A DNA stretch of 64,000 nt from Actinomycetes bacterium (GTDB taxonomy: Bacteria > Actinomycetota > Acidimicrobiia > IMCC26256 > PALSA-610): positions 585 through 64,584 of the forward strand of contig JANYBW010000045.1 in assembly GCA_025360585.1 (NCBI GenBank). Direction: 5' to 3'. Numbering within the stretch: position 1 is the first letter of the stretch; every line of letters starts with the position of its first letter. This document shows positions 26,925 through 37,344 of this stretch, piece after piece. The notes below the pieces were generated by a model. It was not told the DNA's origin and searched no databases. It saw nothing but the letters and a program-made list of their open reading frames with translations. A program made the position numbers and the translations under genes.

Positions 26925-29900
26925 TTAGCCCGTCAGACTACGGAGTTCTCGCAACGCAACCGTAAGCGTCGCGAGGTCGAACGTTTGGCTGGCGCGAATA
27001 TCGGCAATAACCGCACTGCAACGCGTCGTTGCTGAGCTCCGTTGCTCGGCCCAACGATCGTAGGCACCTTCTGCGGTGTCGCCAGGCTGGGCGAGTCCAA
27101 GCACGGCCGCAGTAATAACGCGATGCTCTCGGTACGCGTCTTCTCTCAGTGCGTTACGAGCGAGCGCGTGCCAGCGATCTTGGCGACCTAAATCTTCGAC
27201 AATACGGTCGCGCAACCAGTCGAGTTCGAGGCGATCGCCGATGACTGCACGAACAGCCGCAACATCATCTACCGCTCGGCGACACTCCGCCGCGGTTTCG
27301 ACAATGTCCATCGCGGTGACCAAAGAATCGAGCGTCGCGGCGCGGCGTGCGAGTTCGGCCGGTACTCCACCGCCGTTGAAGCGCGATGTCGCGGCTTCGA
27401 TCCAAACGTGTTCATCACCGCGCAGCAACGTTGGCAAGAACTCCGCGCAACGTCGCACGCCAGCGCGAAAGAACTCCACGGTCGCGGGGATCGGTGAATC
27501 GGTCCACTGGCTGCGAACTAGCCATCGCGTCGCGCGTTCAAGCAGTTTGCGGCTTTCCAAATACAGCTCGATTTGCAGGCCATGTTCGATATGCAGATCT
27601 AAACCGTCGACCGCTTGCCAATACGACTGCTGATCAAAAATCAGGAGTGCTGCGCGGTGCGCTCGGAGGACTTGTTCGACGGACGCGCCCGTTTCTTGCT
27701 GCATGCGGAAGGTGAGGGTGCTGCCCGCGATGTTGACCATCGAGTTCACGATCGATGTCGCGATGATCTCGGACCGTAGCGGATGCGCGTCGAAGTGTGA
27801 TGCAGGAAATGCCTCGCGCAGCGACGCAGGGAAGTAGGTGACGACGGCGCTGCGAATGTCGTCGTCATCCAGCAGCGCTGTACCCTCGATTGCTTCGACC
27901 ATTGCATTTTTTGTGTACGCCAACAGTACCGAAAACTCCGCAGAACACAATCCTGCTTGCGGGCCAGACCTTGCCAGCAAGGCGTCAGTGGACGGGAGAA
28001 ATTCCAACGAGCGATCAAGGCGGCCAGATGCCGACAGTGCATCGAGGTATCGAATGTGAACGTCAACCATTGAAGCGGCTTGAGCCTCAGCCAGCGCGAG
28101 TGCACGATTCTGTTCATAGTTGTCGCGCAGCACCAGTGCGGCGACTTCGTCGGTCATTGAAGCGAGTAGGGGGTTGCGTTCCGCACTTGCGATGATGCCT
28201 TGCTTGACGAAGCCGTCGAGGAGGATCTTGAGGTTCACTTCATGATCCGAGGTATCCACACCGGCAGAATTATCGATCGCGTCGGTGTTGATGCGTCCGC
28301 CGCCAAGTGCGTATTCGATCCGGGCAAGTTGGGTGAAACCTAGGTTGCCACCTTCGCCGATCACCCGGCAACGCAGGGAAGTTGCATCGACGCGCACCGC
28401 ATCGTTGCTCTTATCTCCGACCTCAGCATGGCGTTCGGTCGATGCCTTTACGTACGTGCCAATCCCGCCATTCCACAAGAGATCGACGGGTGCGCAAAGC
28501 ATCGCGCTGATGAGTTCCGCGGGAGTGACGCTGACGATGGCCGGATCGATCGCGAAGGCTGTACGTATCGGTTCGGTGAGCGCAATGGTTTTTTGTGCTC
28601 GTGAAAAGATTCCACCGCCCGCCGAGATCAACGCAGGGTCGTAATCCGCCCACGACGAACGGGGCAGTGCGAAGAGTCGTTGGCGTTCGGCAAACGAGAC
28701 GCGAGCGTTCGGCGTTGGATCGATGAAGATGTCGCGGTGATCGAATGCTCCCACGAGTTCGATCGCTTCCGATTGCAACATGCCGTTGCCGAACACATCA
28801 CCGGACATGTCGCCGATGCCTACGACCGTGAACGCTGAGCTTTGAACATCGTGGCCAAAACTCCGGAAATGTGCTCGAACCGATTCCCATGCGCCGCGGG
28901 CGGTGATCCCCATGGCCTTGTGGTCGTAGCCAACGCTGCCGCCGGAGGCGAACGCGTCGCCCAGCCAGAAGCCGCGGTCGAGCGCCAACTGATTGGCGAT
29001 ATCCGAAAACGTTGCGGTGCCTTTGTCGGCGGCGACGACGAGATACGGGTCGTCGGCGTCGTAACGGACCATGCGCGTAGGAGCTATCAAGCTTCCATCG
29101 ATGAGGTTGTCGGTGAGATCGAGCAGCGAGCCCACAAAGATCTTGTAGGCCTCGATACCTTCGGCGAGCCAGGCATCACGGTCCCTTGGCGACGGAAGTT
29201 GTTTCGCAACGAAGCCGCCTTTGGCGCCAACTGGAACGATCACCGCGTTCTTTACCGTTTGTGCCTTTACAAGACCTAGGATTTCGGTGCGGAAATCTTC
29301 GCGTCGATCACTCCATCGCAGCCCGCCGCGCGCGACGCTGCCCATGCGCAGGTGTACGCCTTCGACACGTGGCGACGCAACAAATATTTCGTATTGCGGG
29401 GAGGGTTTTGGGAGCTCAGCAATGAGTGATGGGTTGAACTTCATCGCGATCGCCGCGGGCGGCTTGCCTTGGCCGTCGTGCTGGAACCAGTTGGTACGAG
29501 TCGTGGCAAGGATAAGCGTGAGGAACGCTCGCAGCATGCGGTCGTCGTCGAGGCTGGCAACGTCGTCGAGGGCGACGTGGATTGCCGCGATCCGGTCGGC
29601 GATTTGGGTTTGGTTTTCGTGCTCATCGGGATCGAATCGGGCCCAAAAGAGATCGATGAGTGCGCGCGTCGTCGCGGGATAGCGGCGCAGCGCTTCGGCC
29701 AAATACTGTTGGGAAAACGGACTGCCGATTTGTTGTTGATAGCGCGCGTAACAACGCAACATTGCGACTTCACGCCAGTCGCTACCCACGGCGAGAACTA
29801 GGGCACCGAAGCTATCGTCGTCGGCGTTGCCTTGCAACACTGATTGAAACGCGCGCTCGAAGCTTGCGCTGCGTTCAACGAGAGCGTCCGGATCGATCGT

Positions 29901-31763
29901 GGTTGTAAGTCGAAACCGTTCGATCCATGCCACACCGTGGTCGGTGGCCACGTGGTAGGGATGCTCATCGAGCACCGTCACGCCAAAGTTGGCCAACATC
30001 GGCATGATGTCCGAAAGCGGAAGTTGACGGCTGGCAAAGACGGTAAATTCAAAGGGTTCTGATGTCGTGGGCGGATCGAGTCGCACGATGACATCGCGGT
30101 TGTCGCGTAGCTGTTCCAGTGCCGCAACGTCGGCGACCGCGTGTTCGGCTGCTACTTCGTCTCGGTAGCTGGCGGGAAACGCGTTCGCGTAACTCCGGTT
30201 GAGGTCTGCACCGATGTCGTTGCCGTAACGACTGCATAACGCTTGTTCGAGTCCGTCGGCCCACGAACGAATAGCGTCAGCAATCGCTGATTCGATCGCC
30301 GCGACGTTCGGATTGACGCGTCGGAGCGGATCGAGGCGCAACACGAAATGCACGCGGGCGAGTACCGATTCGGTTACCCGAACTGTCCACTCAGAACCGA
30401 TCGCCTGAAACGCTTCGACGAGTATCGCATCGATGCGTTCGCGGACGGTTGTGGTGTATCGATCCCGCGGGACGTACACCAAAGCTGTGGCGAATTGGCC
30501 AGCGTGATCCTGACGAGAAAAGACTCGGACTTTGCGGCGTTCGTGGAGTTGCAAGATGCCCAGCGCGGTCGCCAAGAGTTCGGCTTCGGCAATTTGGAAC
30601 AGCTCATCGCGCGGAAATCCTTCGAGGATTGCGATCAGATCTTTACCGGCGTGCGAATTCGCAGGGTAGCCAGCTTGCTGGACAACGGACGCGACTTTGT
30701 GGCGCAGCATCGGAACGTCGATTGGGCTCGTGTTGTACGCCGACGATGTCCACAGCCCAACGCAACGCCATTCGCCATCGGCTTCGCCACGCTCGTTGTA
30801 GCGGCGTACCGCAACCGTATCGAGATAGGTATTGCGATGAACTCGTGATCGTTCGGGGTCCTTTTGTACTGCGAGCAGCGTTGTTTCCGTAGACAACGTC
30901 GCGCTGATTCGACCCGGATTGGTGTCCCGCAGAATTCCTAGACCGCTTTCGACGACTACGTCTGTCTCGCCTGACGCATTGCGACCTACTTCGCAGGTTC
31001 CCAACAACGTGAAGTGGTGATCGGCCATCCACTCCAGCAGGGCTCGCGCTTCAACGAGCTCCTCGCTGGCAACGGGAGGCGGACGCCGCGCAAGATCGCC
31101 CGAAACTTTCCGCAGGCTTGCGAGCATTTTGATCCAGTCGCTGGTCGCGGCGCGAACGTCTTGTAACACCGAGTGAATTTCGGCAATGATTGCTGTGAGT
31201 TCTTGCTGATCGCCAATCCTTGGAATTTCGAGATGCAGCACCGATTCCGCGATCGGAGAACTCCCGGGGGTGCCCATGGTGAGCGGAGTGTCGGCGAGCA
31301 CCTCGCGCAGATTGCCAAGCGGGTCGCGCACGACATGCATGATCGGATGCGCACTCATTTCGATGGGGCATCGCCTCGCGTCGAGCGCCATCGAGATGGA
31401 ATCCACGATGAACGGCATGTCGTCACAGATCACTTCGACGATTGTGTAACTCGATGTCCAGCCGTTCAAGCCGCTCGTTGGGTTGTACGCCCGGACGATC
31501 ATTGTTTCTGAGGACCGGTGTGCGGCTTCATTCCACAGTGCGCGCGCCATGCCCGCGAGATCTTCGACCCGTCGTTGGCTGAGCTCGGCGTAGTCGAGGT
31601 CTCGGAGGAGGCGCGTGATGAAGTGATCGAGGCCGGTCGCTTCGTCCGCCACGCCGTACTGCGTGGCGAGGCCGATCACGCTGGCTACAAGCTGTGCGAA
31701 CGCGTCGGCATTGGTGTCGACCGGAGAGGTCATCGACAGTGAGGGTATATCGGTCACGGCCAT
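26925..31763 (-). CDS. gdh: NAD-specific glutamate dehydrogenase, large (~180 kDa) class
   Basis: This 1612-aa single ORF has the central catalytic region ...RGGLRWSDRREDFRTEILGLVKAQTVKNAVIVPVGAKGGF...AADKGTATFSD...GGSVGYDHKAMGITARGAWESV, characteristic of the Bac_GDH family. Confidence 0.93.
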   Translation of the reverse strand: MAVTDIPSLSMTSPVDTNADAFAQLVASVIGLATQYGVADEATGLDHFITRLLRDLDYAELSQRRVEDLAGMARALWNEAAHRSSETMIVRAYNPTSGLNGWTSSYTIVEVICDDMPFIVDSISMALDARRCPIEMSAHPIMHVVRDPLGNLREVLADTPLTMGTPGSSPIAESVLHLEIPRIGDQQELTAIIAEIHSVLQDVRAATSDWIKMLASLRKVSGDLARRPPPVASEELVEARALLEWMADHHFTLLGTCEVGRNASGETDVVVESGLGILRDTNPGRISATLSTETTLLAVQKDPERSRVHRNTYLDTVAVRRYNERGEADGEWRCVGLWTSSAYNTSPIDVPMLRHKVASVVQQAGYPANSHAGKDLIAILEGFPRDELFQIAEAELLATALGILQLHERRKVRVFSRQDHAGQFATALVYVPRDRYTTTVRERIDAILVEAFQAIGSEWTVRVTESVLARVHFVLRLDPLRRVNPNVAAIESAIADAIRSWADGLEQALCSRYGNDIGADLNRSYANAFPASYRDEVAAEHAVADVAALEQLRDNRDVIVRLDPPTTSEPFEFTVFASRQLPLSDIMPMLANFGVTVLDEHPYHVATDHGVAWIERFRLTTTIDPDALVERSASFERAFQSVLQGNADDDSFGALVLAVGSDWREVAMLRCYARYQQQIGSPFSQQYLAEALRRYPATTRALIDLFWARFDPDEHENQTQIADRIAAIHVALDDVASLDDDRMLRAFLTLILATTRTNWFQHDGQGKPPAAIAMKFNPSLIAELPKPSPQYEIFVASPRVEGVHLRMGSVARGGLRWSDRREDFRTEILGLVKAQTVKNAVIVPVGAKGGFVAKQLPSPRDRDAWLAEGIEAYKIFVGSLLDLTDNLIDGSLIAPTRMVRYDADDPYLVVAADKGTATFSDIANQLALDRGFWLGDAFASGGSVGYDHKAMGITARGAWESVRAHFRSFGHDVQSSAFTVVGIGDMSGDVFGNGMLQSEAIELVGAFDHRDIFIDPTPNARVSFAERQRLFALPRSSWADYDPALISAGGGIFSRAQKTIALTEPIRTAFAIDPAIVSVTPAELISAMLCAPVDLLWNGGIGTYVKASTERHAEVGDKSNDAVRVDATSLRCRVIGEGGNLGFTQLARIEYALGGGRINTDAIDNSAGVDTSDHEVNLKILLDGFVKQGIIASAERNPLLASMTDEVAALVLRDNYEQNRALALAEAQAASMVDVHIRYLDALSASGRLDRSLEFLPSTDALLARSGPQAGLCSAEFSVLLAYTKNAMVEAIEGTALLDDDDIRSAVVTYFPASLREAFPASHFDAHPLRSEIIATSIVNSMVNIAGSTLTFRMQQETGASVEQVLRAHRAALLIFDQQSYWQAVDGLDLHIEHGLQIELYLESRKLLERATRWLVRSQWTDSPIPATVEFFRAGVRRCAEFLPTLLRGDEHVWIEAATSRFNGGGVPAELARRAATLDSLVTAMDIVETAAECRRAVDDVAAVRAVIGDRLELDWLRDRIVEDLGRQDRWHALARNALREDAYREHRVITAAVLGLAQPGDTAEGAYDRWAEQRSSATTRCSAVIADIRASQTFDLATLTVALRELRSLTG

Positions 31764-31838
31764 TGTTGGTGTGTATCGGCATGCCGCGCCGCAAACCTGT
31801 GCAATCTTTAAGGGCAGGGCGCCAGTAGCTTCGGGGCA

Positions 31839-32618
31839 ATGGATGACGAATCGTTGTTGGCGCTCGCGTTAGAACTTGCTGATACATCGGACGCGATCAC
31901 GGTGTCTCGCTTTCGGGCGTCGGATCTCGTCGTCGAAACCAAACCCGATCTCACTCCGGTAAGCGAGGCGGATCAGGCAGTCGAACGCGCAATTCGGGCC
32001 CGTCTCGCGGAAATCGCGCCGGACCACTCGGTACTGGGCGAGGAGTACGGCGAAACTGAGGCGGCGGGCGAGTTTCGATGGATTGTCGATCCGATCGACG
32101 GCACCAAGAACTACGTGCGGGGTGTGCCGATTTGGGCGACATTGCTCGGTATTGAACATCTCGGCGAACTTGTCGTCGGCGTCGTCAGCGCACCGGCGCT
32201 CGGCGCACGTTGGTGGGGCGGGCGTGGTCTCGGTGCATTCCGCAATGGTGAACCGATTCACGCGTCGAAGGTCGCCGCGCTCGAAGATGCGCAACTGACC
32301 TTTGCCTGGGACACTGCCGACCGCTTCATCGATGGCGGCATCGGGAATCGATTACTGGCGTTGTCGCATCGCTGTTGGCGGACGCGAGGCATCGGTGATT
32401 TCTGGCAGCACCTCATGGTGGCCGAAGGCGCGTTCGATATTTCTTGTGATCCGATCTTGAACTATTGGGATCTCGCGGCACTCGTGCCGATTCTCGAAGC
32501 CTCTGGAGCGCTGTGGTCGACAGTCGACGGCTCGACCGATGCGCGGCGCGCTGACAGTCTCGTGTGTACCAATGGGCTGCTGCATGATGCGGCGCTGGCG
32601 GCCTTGGCGAATCGGTAA
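31839..32618 (+). CDS. hisN: histidinol-phosphatase, IMPase-family (HisN type)
   Basis: It has TKPDLTPVSEADQAVE, VLGEEYG, WIVDPIDGTKNYVRGVPIWATL and VSAPALGARWW. By memory this closely resembles actinobacterial HisN (M. tuberculosis Rv3137-like). Confidence 0.8.
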   Translation: MDDESLLALALELADTSDAITVSRFRASDLVVETKPDLTPVSEADQAVERAIRARLAEIAPDHSVLGEEYGETEAAGEFRWIVDPIDGTKNYVRGVPIWATLLGIEHLGELVVGVVSAPALGARWWGGRGLGAFRNGEPIHASKVAALEDAQLTFAWDTADRFIDGGIGNRLLALSHRCWRTRGIGDFWQHLMVAEGAFDISCDPILNYWDLAALVPILEASGALWSTVDGSTDARRADSLVCTNGLLHDAALAALANR

Positions 32619-32627
32619 CGTTTCACT

Positions 32628-34010
32628 ATGGCGCTTCCCGATGACCTCACCGTTGGTATCGATATCGGCACTTCGTCGGTGAAAGCCGTTGCAGTTGACG
32701 CCGAAGGCACCGTCGTTCGGCGTTCACGGGTCCCGCATGCTTTCGCAATACCCAACGCGCAGCGGTTTGAACACGATGCGCAAACCAATTGGTTCGATGG
32801 GCCGCAACGGGCATTGCGCGAGCTGGGTTCGGATCTCGAGCCCGTCGGCGTGAGCGTCGCCGCGATGGTCCCATCGCTCACCGCAGTCGATGAACACGAA
32901 CGGCCGATCGCGCCCGGATTGTTGTACGGCGACGAACGTGGCGCGGGTGGGCAAGGCCATCCCGGCGAAAGCGGTGAGTTAGGCCGCTTTCTCGAATGGC
33001 TCGCAGAGGAGTATCCCCAAGCCCGTGGGTTTCGACCCGCGCAAGCAGTAGCGAACGCGGCATTGAGCGGCGAAGCAACGTTGTCCACGACCGCCGCCGC
33101 AGCGTGTTACCCACTGTTTGATTTTGTGGGTTGGAACCAGGATTTGGTTTCGGCGGCGGGGGCGCGGGTCGAGCAACTCCCACGCTTGGTGCCCGGCGGC
33201 CACGTTGCGGCAACGGTGAAAGGGTTCAAGAATTGCGTGCTCGAAGGGGGCACGATTGATGCGATGGCCGAGCAAATGGTTGCCGGTGCTGATAACGACG
33301 GCGATGTGTTGGTGCTGTGCGGAACCACGCTGATCGTGTGGATCGTTACGTCCGAACCGGAAACCGTGGATGGATGTTTTTCGATTCCGCACACAACTCC
33401 GGGAAAGTTTTTGGTTGGCGGACCATCGAATGCAGGCGGGCTCTTTTTGAACTGGGCGAGCTCGCTACTTCGGCAAGCCGATCCTGATCACGACAGTCCC
33501 GAAGGCCTCAGTTATGGGCGTGCTGGCGATCCGACTGGCGATCCGACTGGCGATCCGATTGCGGTGCCGCTTTGGGTGCCGTATCCGCGTGGCGAACGCG
33601 TCCCCTTGCACGACGTTGATCGTCGAGCGTCGATCCATGGCCTCGACCTCACCCACGGTCCGGCCGCCCTGCGTCAGGCCGCGTTTGAAGCCGCCGGATT
33701 TGTCGCTCGCCGGATGATCGATGCGACGTCTGCGCAACCGCGGCGGATTGTTGCGACCGGTGGTGGTGTTCGGGTTGCGCAGTGGCTCGATACTCTGGCT
33801 ACCTGCACGAGCCTCCCGGTCGACGTGGTGGCCGTCCCCGAGGGGGGAGCGCTTGGCGCGGCATTCTTGGCTCGCATCGCCGCAGGTTTGGAAACCAATA
33901 CTGCGGCCGCATCGCGATGGGCCTCGATCAGCCACACGGTCGATCCGAATACGAAGTGGCGAAATGCCGTCGACGACCGCTACCACAAGTGGAGCCAACT
34001 CGCGGGCTAG
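32628..34010 (+). CDS. FGGY-family carbohydrate kinase
   Basis: The N-terminus is VGIDIGTSSVKAVAVDAEG, and the C-terminus has ATGGGVRVAQWLD. It contains an in-frame GDPTGDPTGDP insert from a 12-nt x3 repeat (33525-33560). Confidence 0.8.
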   Translation: MALPDDLTVGIDIGTSSVKAVAVDAEGTVVRRSRVPHAFAIPNAQRFEHDAQTNWFDGPQRALRELGSDLEPVGVSVAAMVPSLTAVDEHERPIAPGLLYGDERGAGGQGHPGESGELGRFLEWLAEEYPQARGFRPAQAVANAALSGEATLSTTAAAACYPLFDFVGWNQDLVSAAGARVEQLPRLVPGGHVAATVKGFKNCVLEGGTIDAMAEQMVAGADNDGDVLVLCGTTLIVWIVTSEPETVDGCFSIPHTTPGKFLVGGPSNAGGLFLNWASSLLRQADPDHDSPEGLSYGRAGDPTGDPTGDPIAVPLWVPYPRGERVPLHDVDRRASIHGLDLTHGPAALRQAAFEAAGFVARRMIDATSAQPRRIVATGGGVRVAQWLDTLATCTSLPVDVVAVPEGGALGAAFLARIAAGLETNTAAASRWASISHTVDPNTKWRNAVDDRYHKWSQLAG

Positions 34011-34173
34011 CAATCCCGCCCCGCCCCGCCCCGCCTTTCCCGGAGCTTTTCGTGCGGAATCCGAAAGGGAACGCCCACCAGAATTTTCACCTTCGATTTT
34101 CGTAGCCACTTGTGTGCCGGCGCCACCATCTTCGAGAAGCGACGGCGCCGGGCACAATCGCTAGAGTGCGGCC

Positions 34174-34383
34174 GTGGCCCTTGATATTCGAATTGACCGT
34201 GAAGTGTGCATGGGTTCGGGGAACTGCGTGTTCTACGTGCCCGGAGTCCTGGACCTCGACGACGACGGCATTGCCATCGTCGTTGATCCGTCCGCCGGTG
34301 AGCACGACCAGATCATCCTCGCGGCGCGCGGCTGCCCGACGCAAGCAATCTCGGTGTTCTCCGGCGAAGAAAAAATTGTCTGA
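34174..34383 (+). CDS. small ferredoxin (single-cluster, 3Fe-4S/4Fe-4S type)
   Basis: The 69-aa ORF has the pattern C-x5-C ... CP (REVCMGSGNCVFYVP ... ARGCPTQAISV), typical of actinobacterial Fdx partners. Confidence 0.8.
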   Translation: MALDIRIDREVCMGSGNCVFYVPGVLDLDDDGIAIVVDPSAGEHDQIILAARGCPTQAISVFSGEEKIV

Positions 34384-34453
34384 CGCCTCCGGGCGTGTAT
34401 CCATTGAAGATCGTGATGCGTCGGGCTCCGACGTCACCCCTGAAAGGCCCGGC

Positions 34454-34897
34454 ATGAGCGACACGCCCACAGTTCCGTTTCGGATTCTTCCGAAGCTCAC
34501 CGATGCAAACCGCGAGTTTTGGCAAGGTGGCCAGGACAACGAATTGCGGTTCTGGCGCTGCCAGGACTGCACCCAGTTCATCCATCCGCCCCAGCCGATT
34601 TGTCCGAGTTGCTACGGTAAGAATCTGCGCGTGGAGCCAGTATCGGGCCGAGCCACGCTCACGACGTATTCGATCAATCATCAGCCATGGATGCCCGGCC
34701 CCGAATTGCCGTACGTCGTCGCGATCATCGAAATCGTCGAAGACCCATCGGTACGGCTCACGACCAACCTCGTCGATTGCGATCACGCCGATATCACGAT
34801 TGGTATGGCTCTCAAGGTCCAATTCGAACATCATTCCGACACTGACGGTGATGTGTGGCTGCCCTTATTTGCCCCCGAACTTGGAGCAGCGCAATGA
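34454..34897 (+). CDS. Zn-ribbon/OB-fold protein (DUF35 family)
   Basis: I chose the ATG at 34454. The rubredoxin-like ribbon is WRCQDCTQFIHPPQPICPSCYG, followed by an OB-fold segment. It has an ATGA overlap with the following thiolase-like gene. Confidence 0.85.
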   Translation: MSDTPTVPFRILPKLTDANREFWQGGQDNELRFWRCQDCTQFIHPPQPICPSCYGKNLRVEPVSGRATLTTYSINHQPWMPGPELPYVVAIIEIVEDPSVRLTTNLVDCDHADITIGMALKVQFEHHSDTDGDVWLPLFAPELGAAQ

Positions 34898-36111
34898 CCG
34901 AAACTCTCGACGCGAACTCGATCATCGAGCGGCGCGCGTGCGTCACTGGCGTGGGCCAGAGCGATATCGGGCGCCGGCTCGGAATTGATCCTTTGGAGCT
35001 CACGCTGGACGCGTGTATCGCGGCCATCGAACATGCTGGGTTAACCCCGGCCGATATCGACGGAGTCGCGACCTATCCCGGTCCCATGGCCGTTCCGGCC
35101 GGTTTCTCAGGCGCCGGTGCCTACGACGTCATTGACGCGATGCGTTTGAGCGTCGGGTGGTATGGCGGTGGATTAGAAACGTCGGGCCAGCTTGGTTCGG
35201 TGATCAACGCGTGCCTCGCGGTGGCGAGCGGCCTCGCGAATCATGTGCTGTGTTTTCGTTCGGTGTGGGAAGGCACGGCGCAAGGCAGCAAGGGTCGCAG
35301 CGCAGTTATGCCCGGAAGTGGTGGAAGCGGGTCATTCAAAGCGAGCGGATTTACCGAATGGACATTGCCGTTTTCTGCGCCGAGTGCCGCGGTGTGGATC
35401 GCGATGTTTGCGCAACGGCACTTCCATCTCTACGGCACGACCCGCGAACAAATGGGTTGGATCGCGATCAACGCTCGCCGCAACGCAGCGTTGAACCCTA
35501 AAGCGATCTATACCGATCCCATGACGATGGACGATTATCTCGGCGCGCGAATGATTGCGACGCCGTTTGGATTATTTGACTGCGACGCGCCGTGCGATGG
35601 TGCAACCGCTGTAATCATTTCCCGCGTTGATCGCGCCAAAGATCTGCGCAATACACCGTTGCGGATAGAAGCCGTCGGTAGCGCACTGCGTGGCCGTCCG
35701 AGCTGGGATCAATTCGACGACCTTTCCACAATGGCCACCCGCGATGCCGGGGCACAGCTCTGGACCCGCACGGATCTCAAACCTAGCGACGTGCAAATGT
35801 TGCAGGCCTACGACGGTTTCACGTTCCTGACGATGAGCTGGCTTGAGGCGATGGGCTTTTGCAAAGTGGGTGAGAGCGGACCGTTCGTTGAAGGTGGCGA
35901 ACGAATTGCTCGCGATGGGGTTCTGCCGCTCAATACCCACGGTGGGCAATTGTCAGCTGGGCGTCTCCACGGGTATGGGTTTTTGCATGAAGCCGCGATT
36001 CAGATGTGGGGCGAAGGCGGAGCCCGCCAGATCCCGAACAATGTCGAGGTTGGGGCCGTGGCCGCCGGAGGCGGCAACACGTGCGGTTGCCTGTTGTTGG
36101 TAAAAGAGTGA
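34894..36111 (+). CDS. thiolase-like lipid-transfer protein (SCP-x type), partner of DUF35
   Basis: It begins MTETLDANSIIERRACVTGVGQSDIGRRLG and ends ...NTHGGQLSAGRLHGYGFLHEAAIQ. This is the typical DUF35-coupled thiolase arrangement. Confidence 0.85.
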   Translation: MTETLDANSIIERRACVTGVGQSDIGRRLGIDPLELTLDACIAAIEHAGLTPADIDGVATYPGPMAVPAGFSGAGAYDVIDAMRLSVGWYGGGLETSGQLGSVINACLAVASGLANHVLCFRSVWEGTAQGSKGRSAVMPGSGGSGSFKASGFTEWTLPFSAPSAAVWIAMFAQRHFHLYGTTREQMGWIAINARRNAALNPKAIYTDPMTMDDYLGARMIATPFGLFDCDAPCDGATAVIISRVDRAKDLRNTPLRIEAVGSALRGRPSWDQFDDLSTMATRDAGAQLWTRTDLKPSDVQMLQAYDGFTFLTMSWLEAMGFCKVGESGPFVEGGERIARDGVLPLNTHGGQLSAGRLHGYGFLHEAAIQMWGEGGARQIPNNVEVGAVAAGGGNTCGCLLLVKE

Positions 36112-36160
36112 TCGCGCAATAGTCCGGTCACGCGCAGCGATCCCGCTAGATTGCTCCGCC

Positions 36161-37312
36161 ATGCGCGTCCCTCCCGCTCGTATTCAATTTTCCCCCGAAG
36201 ATCGGGCCACTGTCTTGGCCCAAATCGATCGGGCGATGGAGACTGGGCAGCTGACCCTCGGGCCTGTCGGTAAGGAGCTCGAAGCCGAGTTCGCCGTTCG
36301 CCACAACGCGAAACACGCGGTTGCGGTCTCCAGCGGAACCAGCGCACTGGAAATCATTTTGCGCGCGTTGGCCGTGGATGGCCGAGAAGTCATCGTGCCC
36401 GCGAACACCTTTTTCGCTACTGCGGCCGCGGCAATGCACGCAGGCGCAACCTTGAAGTTCGCGGATTGCGATCCCGAGACGATGGCCATCGATGTGCAAC
36501 ACGCGGCGTCGCTGATTACCTCGCAGACTGCCGCGATCGTCGTTGTGCATATCGGTGGGCTCGTCGCGCCGTCGATCGAAGCGTTGCAAGGCTTGTGTCG
36601 TGATCACGATGTGCACCTCGTCGAAGATGCTGCGCACGCACATGGCAGTAGTTTCCGAGGGCGCAGTGCCGGCACCTTTGGTATCGCAGGATCATTTTCG
36701 TTTTACCCCACCAAGGTGATCGCCGGTGGCGAAGGCGGAATGATCATCACCGACGACGACATGATCGCCGACGAAGCCCGCATCTATCGCGATCAAGGTA
36801 AGGGGAGTTTCCTCGCGAACTTCCATACGCGCCTCGGGCACAACTGGCGGATGAGCGAGCCGCACGCCGCGATCGTGCTTGCGCAGCTACGCCGACTCGA
36901 TGAATTCATCGACGCGCGTCAAGCCCTCGCTCGCCGTTACGACGCTGCGCTCGCCGAAATCGGTTTGCGCACCGTGCACGTTGCCGCGAACGCAAACTGC
37001 AACTACTACAAATACATCGTGTTTTTGCCCGATGGTGTTGAGCGAACTGAATTGAAACAGCTGCTGCGCGATGAGTTCGATATTGGTTTGTCGGGCGAGG
37101 TCTACGACACGCCGTTGCACCACCAACCGGTGTTTGCGCCGATGGCCGAAGCACAAGGAATTGTCAACCTCGCCGGCGCGGAGTGGCTATGCGCTCGCCA
37201 TATTTGTTTGCCGCTGTATCCCTCGCTGAGTGAGATCGATGCGGATTACGTGGTGGCTTCTTTAGCAACTGCGCTCAGCCGTTTGGGTGCGGAAATCGTT
37301 AGTATTCGCTAG
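36161..37312 (+). CDS. DegT/DnrJ/EryC1/StrS-family sugar aminotransferase (PLP)
   Basis: It has LTLGPVGKELEAEFA, AVSSGTSALEI, DAAHAHGS and SFSFYPTKVIAGGEGGMI (PLP lysine region). Confidence 0.9.
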   Translation: MRVPPARIQFSPEDRATVLAQIDRAMETGQLTLGPVGKELEAEFAVRHNAKHAVAVSSGTSALEIILRALAVDGREVIVPANTFFATAAAAMHAGATLKFADCDPETMAIDVQHAASLITSQTAAIVVVHIGGLVAPSIEALQGLCRDHDVHLVEDAAHAHGSSFRGRSAGTFGIAGSFSFYPTKVIAGGEGGMIITDDDMIADEARIYRDQGKGSFLANFHTRLGHNWRMSEPHAAIVLAQLRRLDEFIDARQALARRYDAALAEIGLRTVHVAANANCNYYKYIVFLPDGVERTELKQLLRDEFDIGLSGEVYDTPLHHQPVFAPMAEAQGIVNLAGAEWLCARHICLPLYPSLSEIDADYVVASLATALSRLGAEIVSIR

Positions 37313-37344
37313 AGAACGACCACATCTACGAAATCGAGCGTGCA

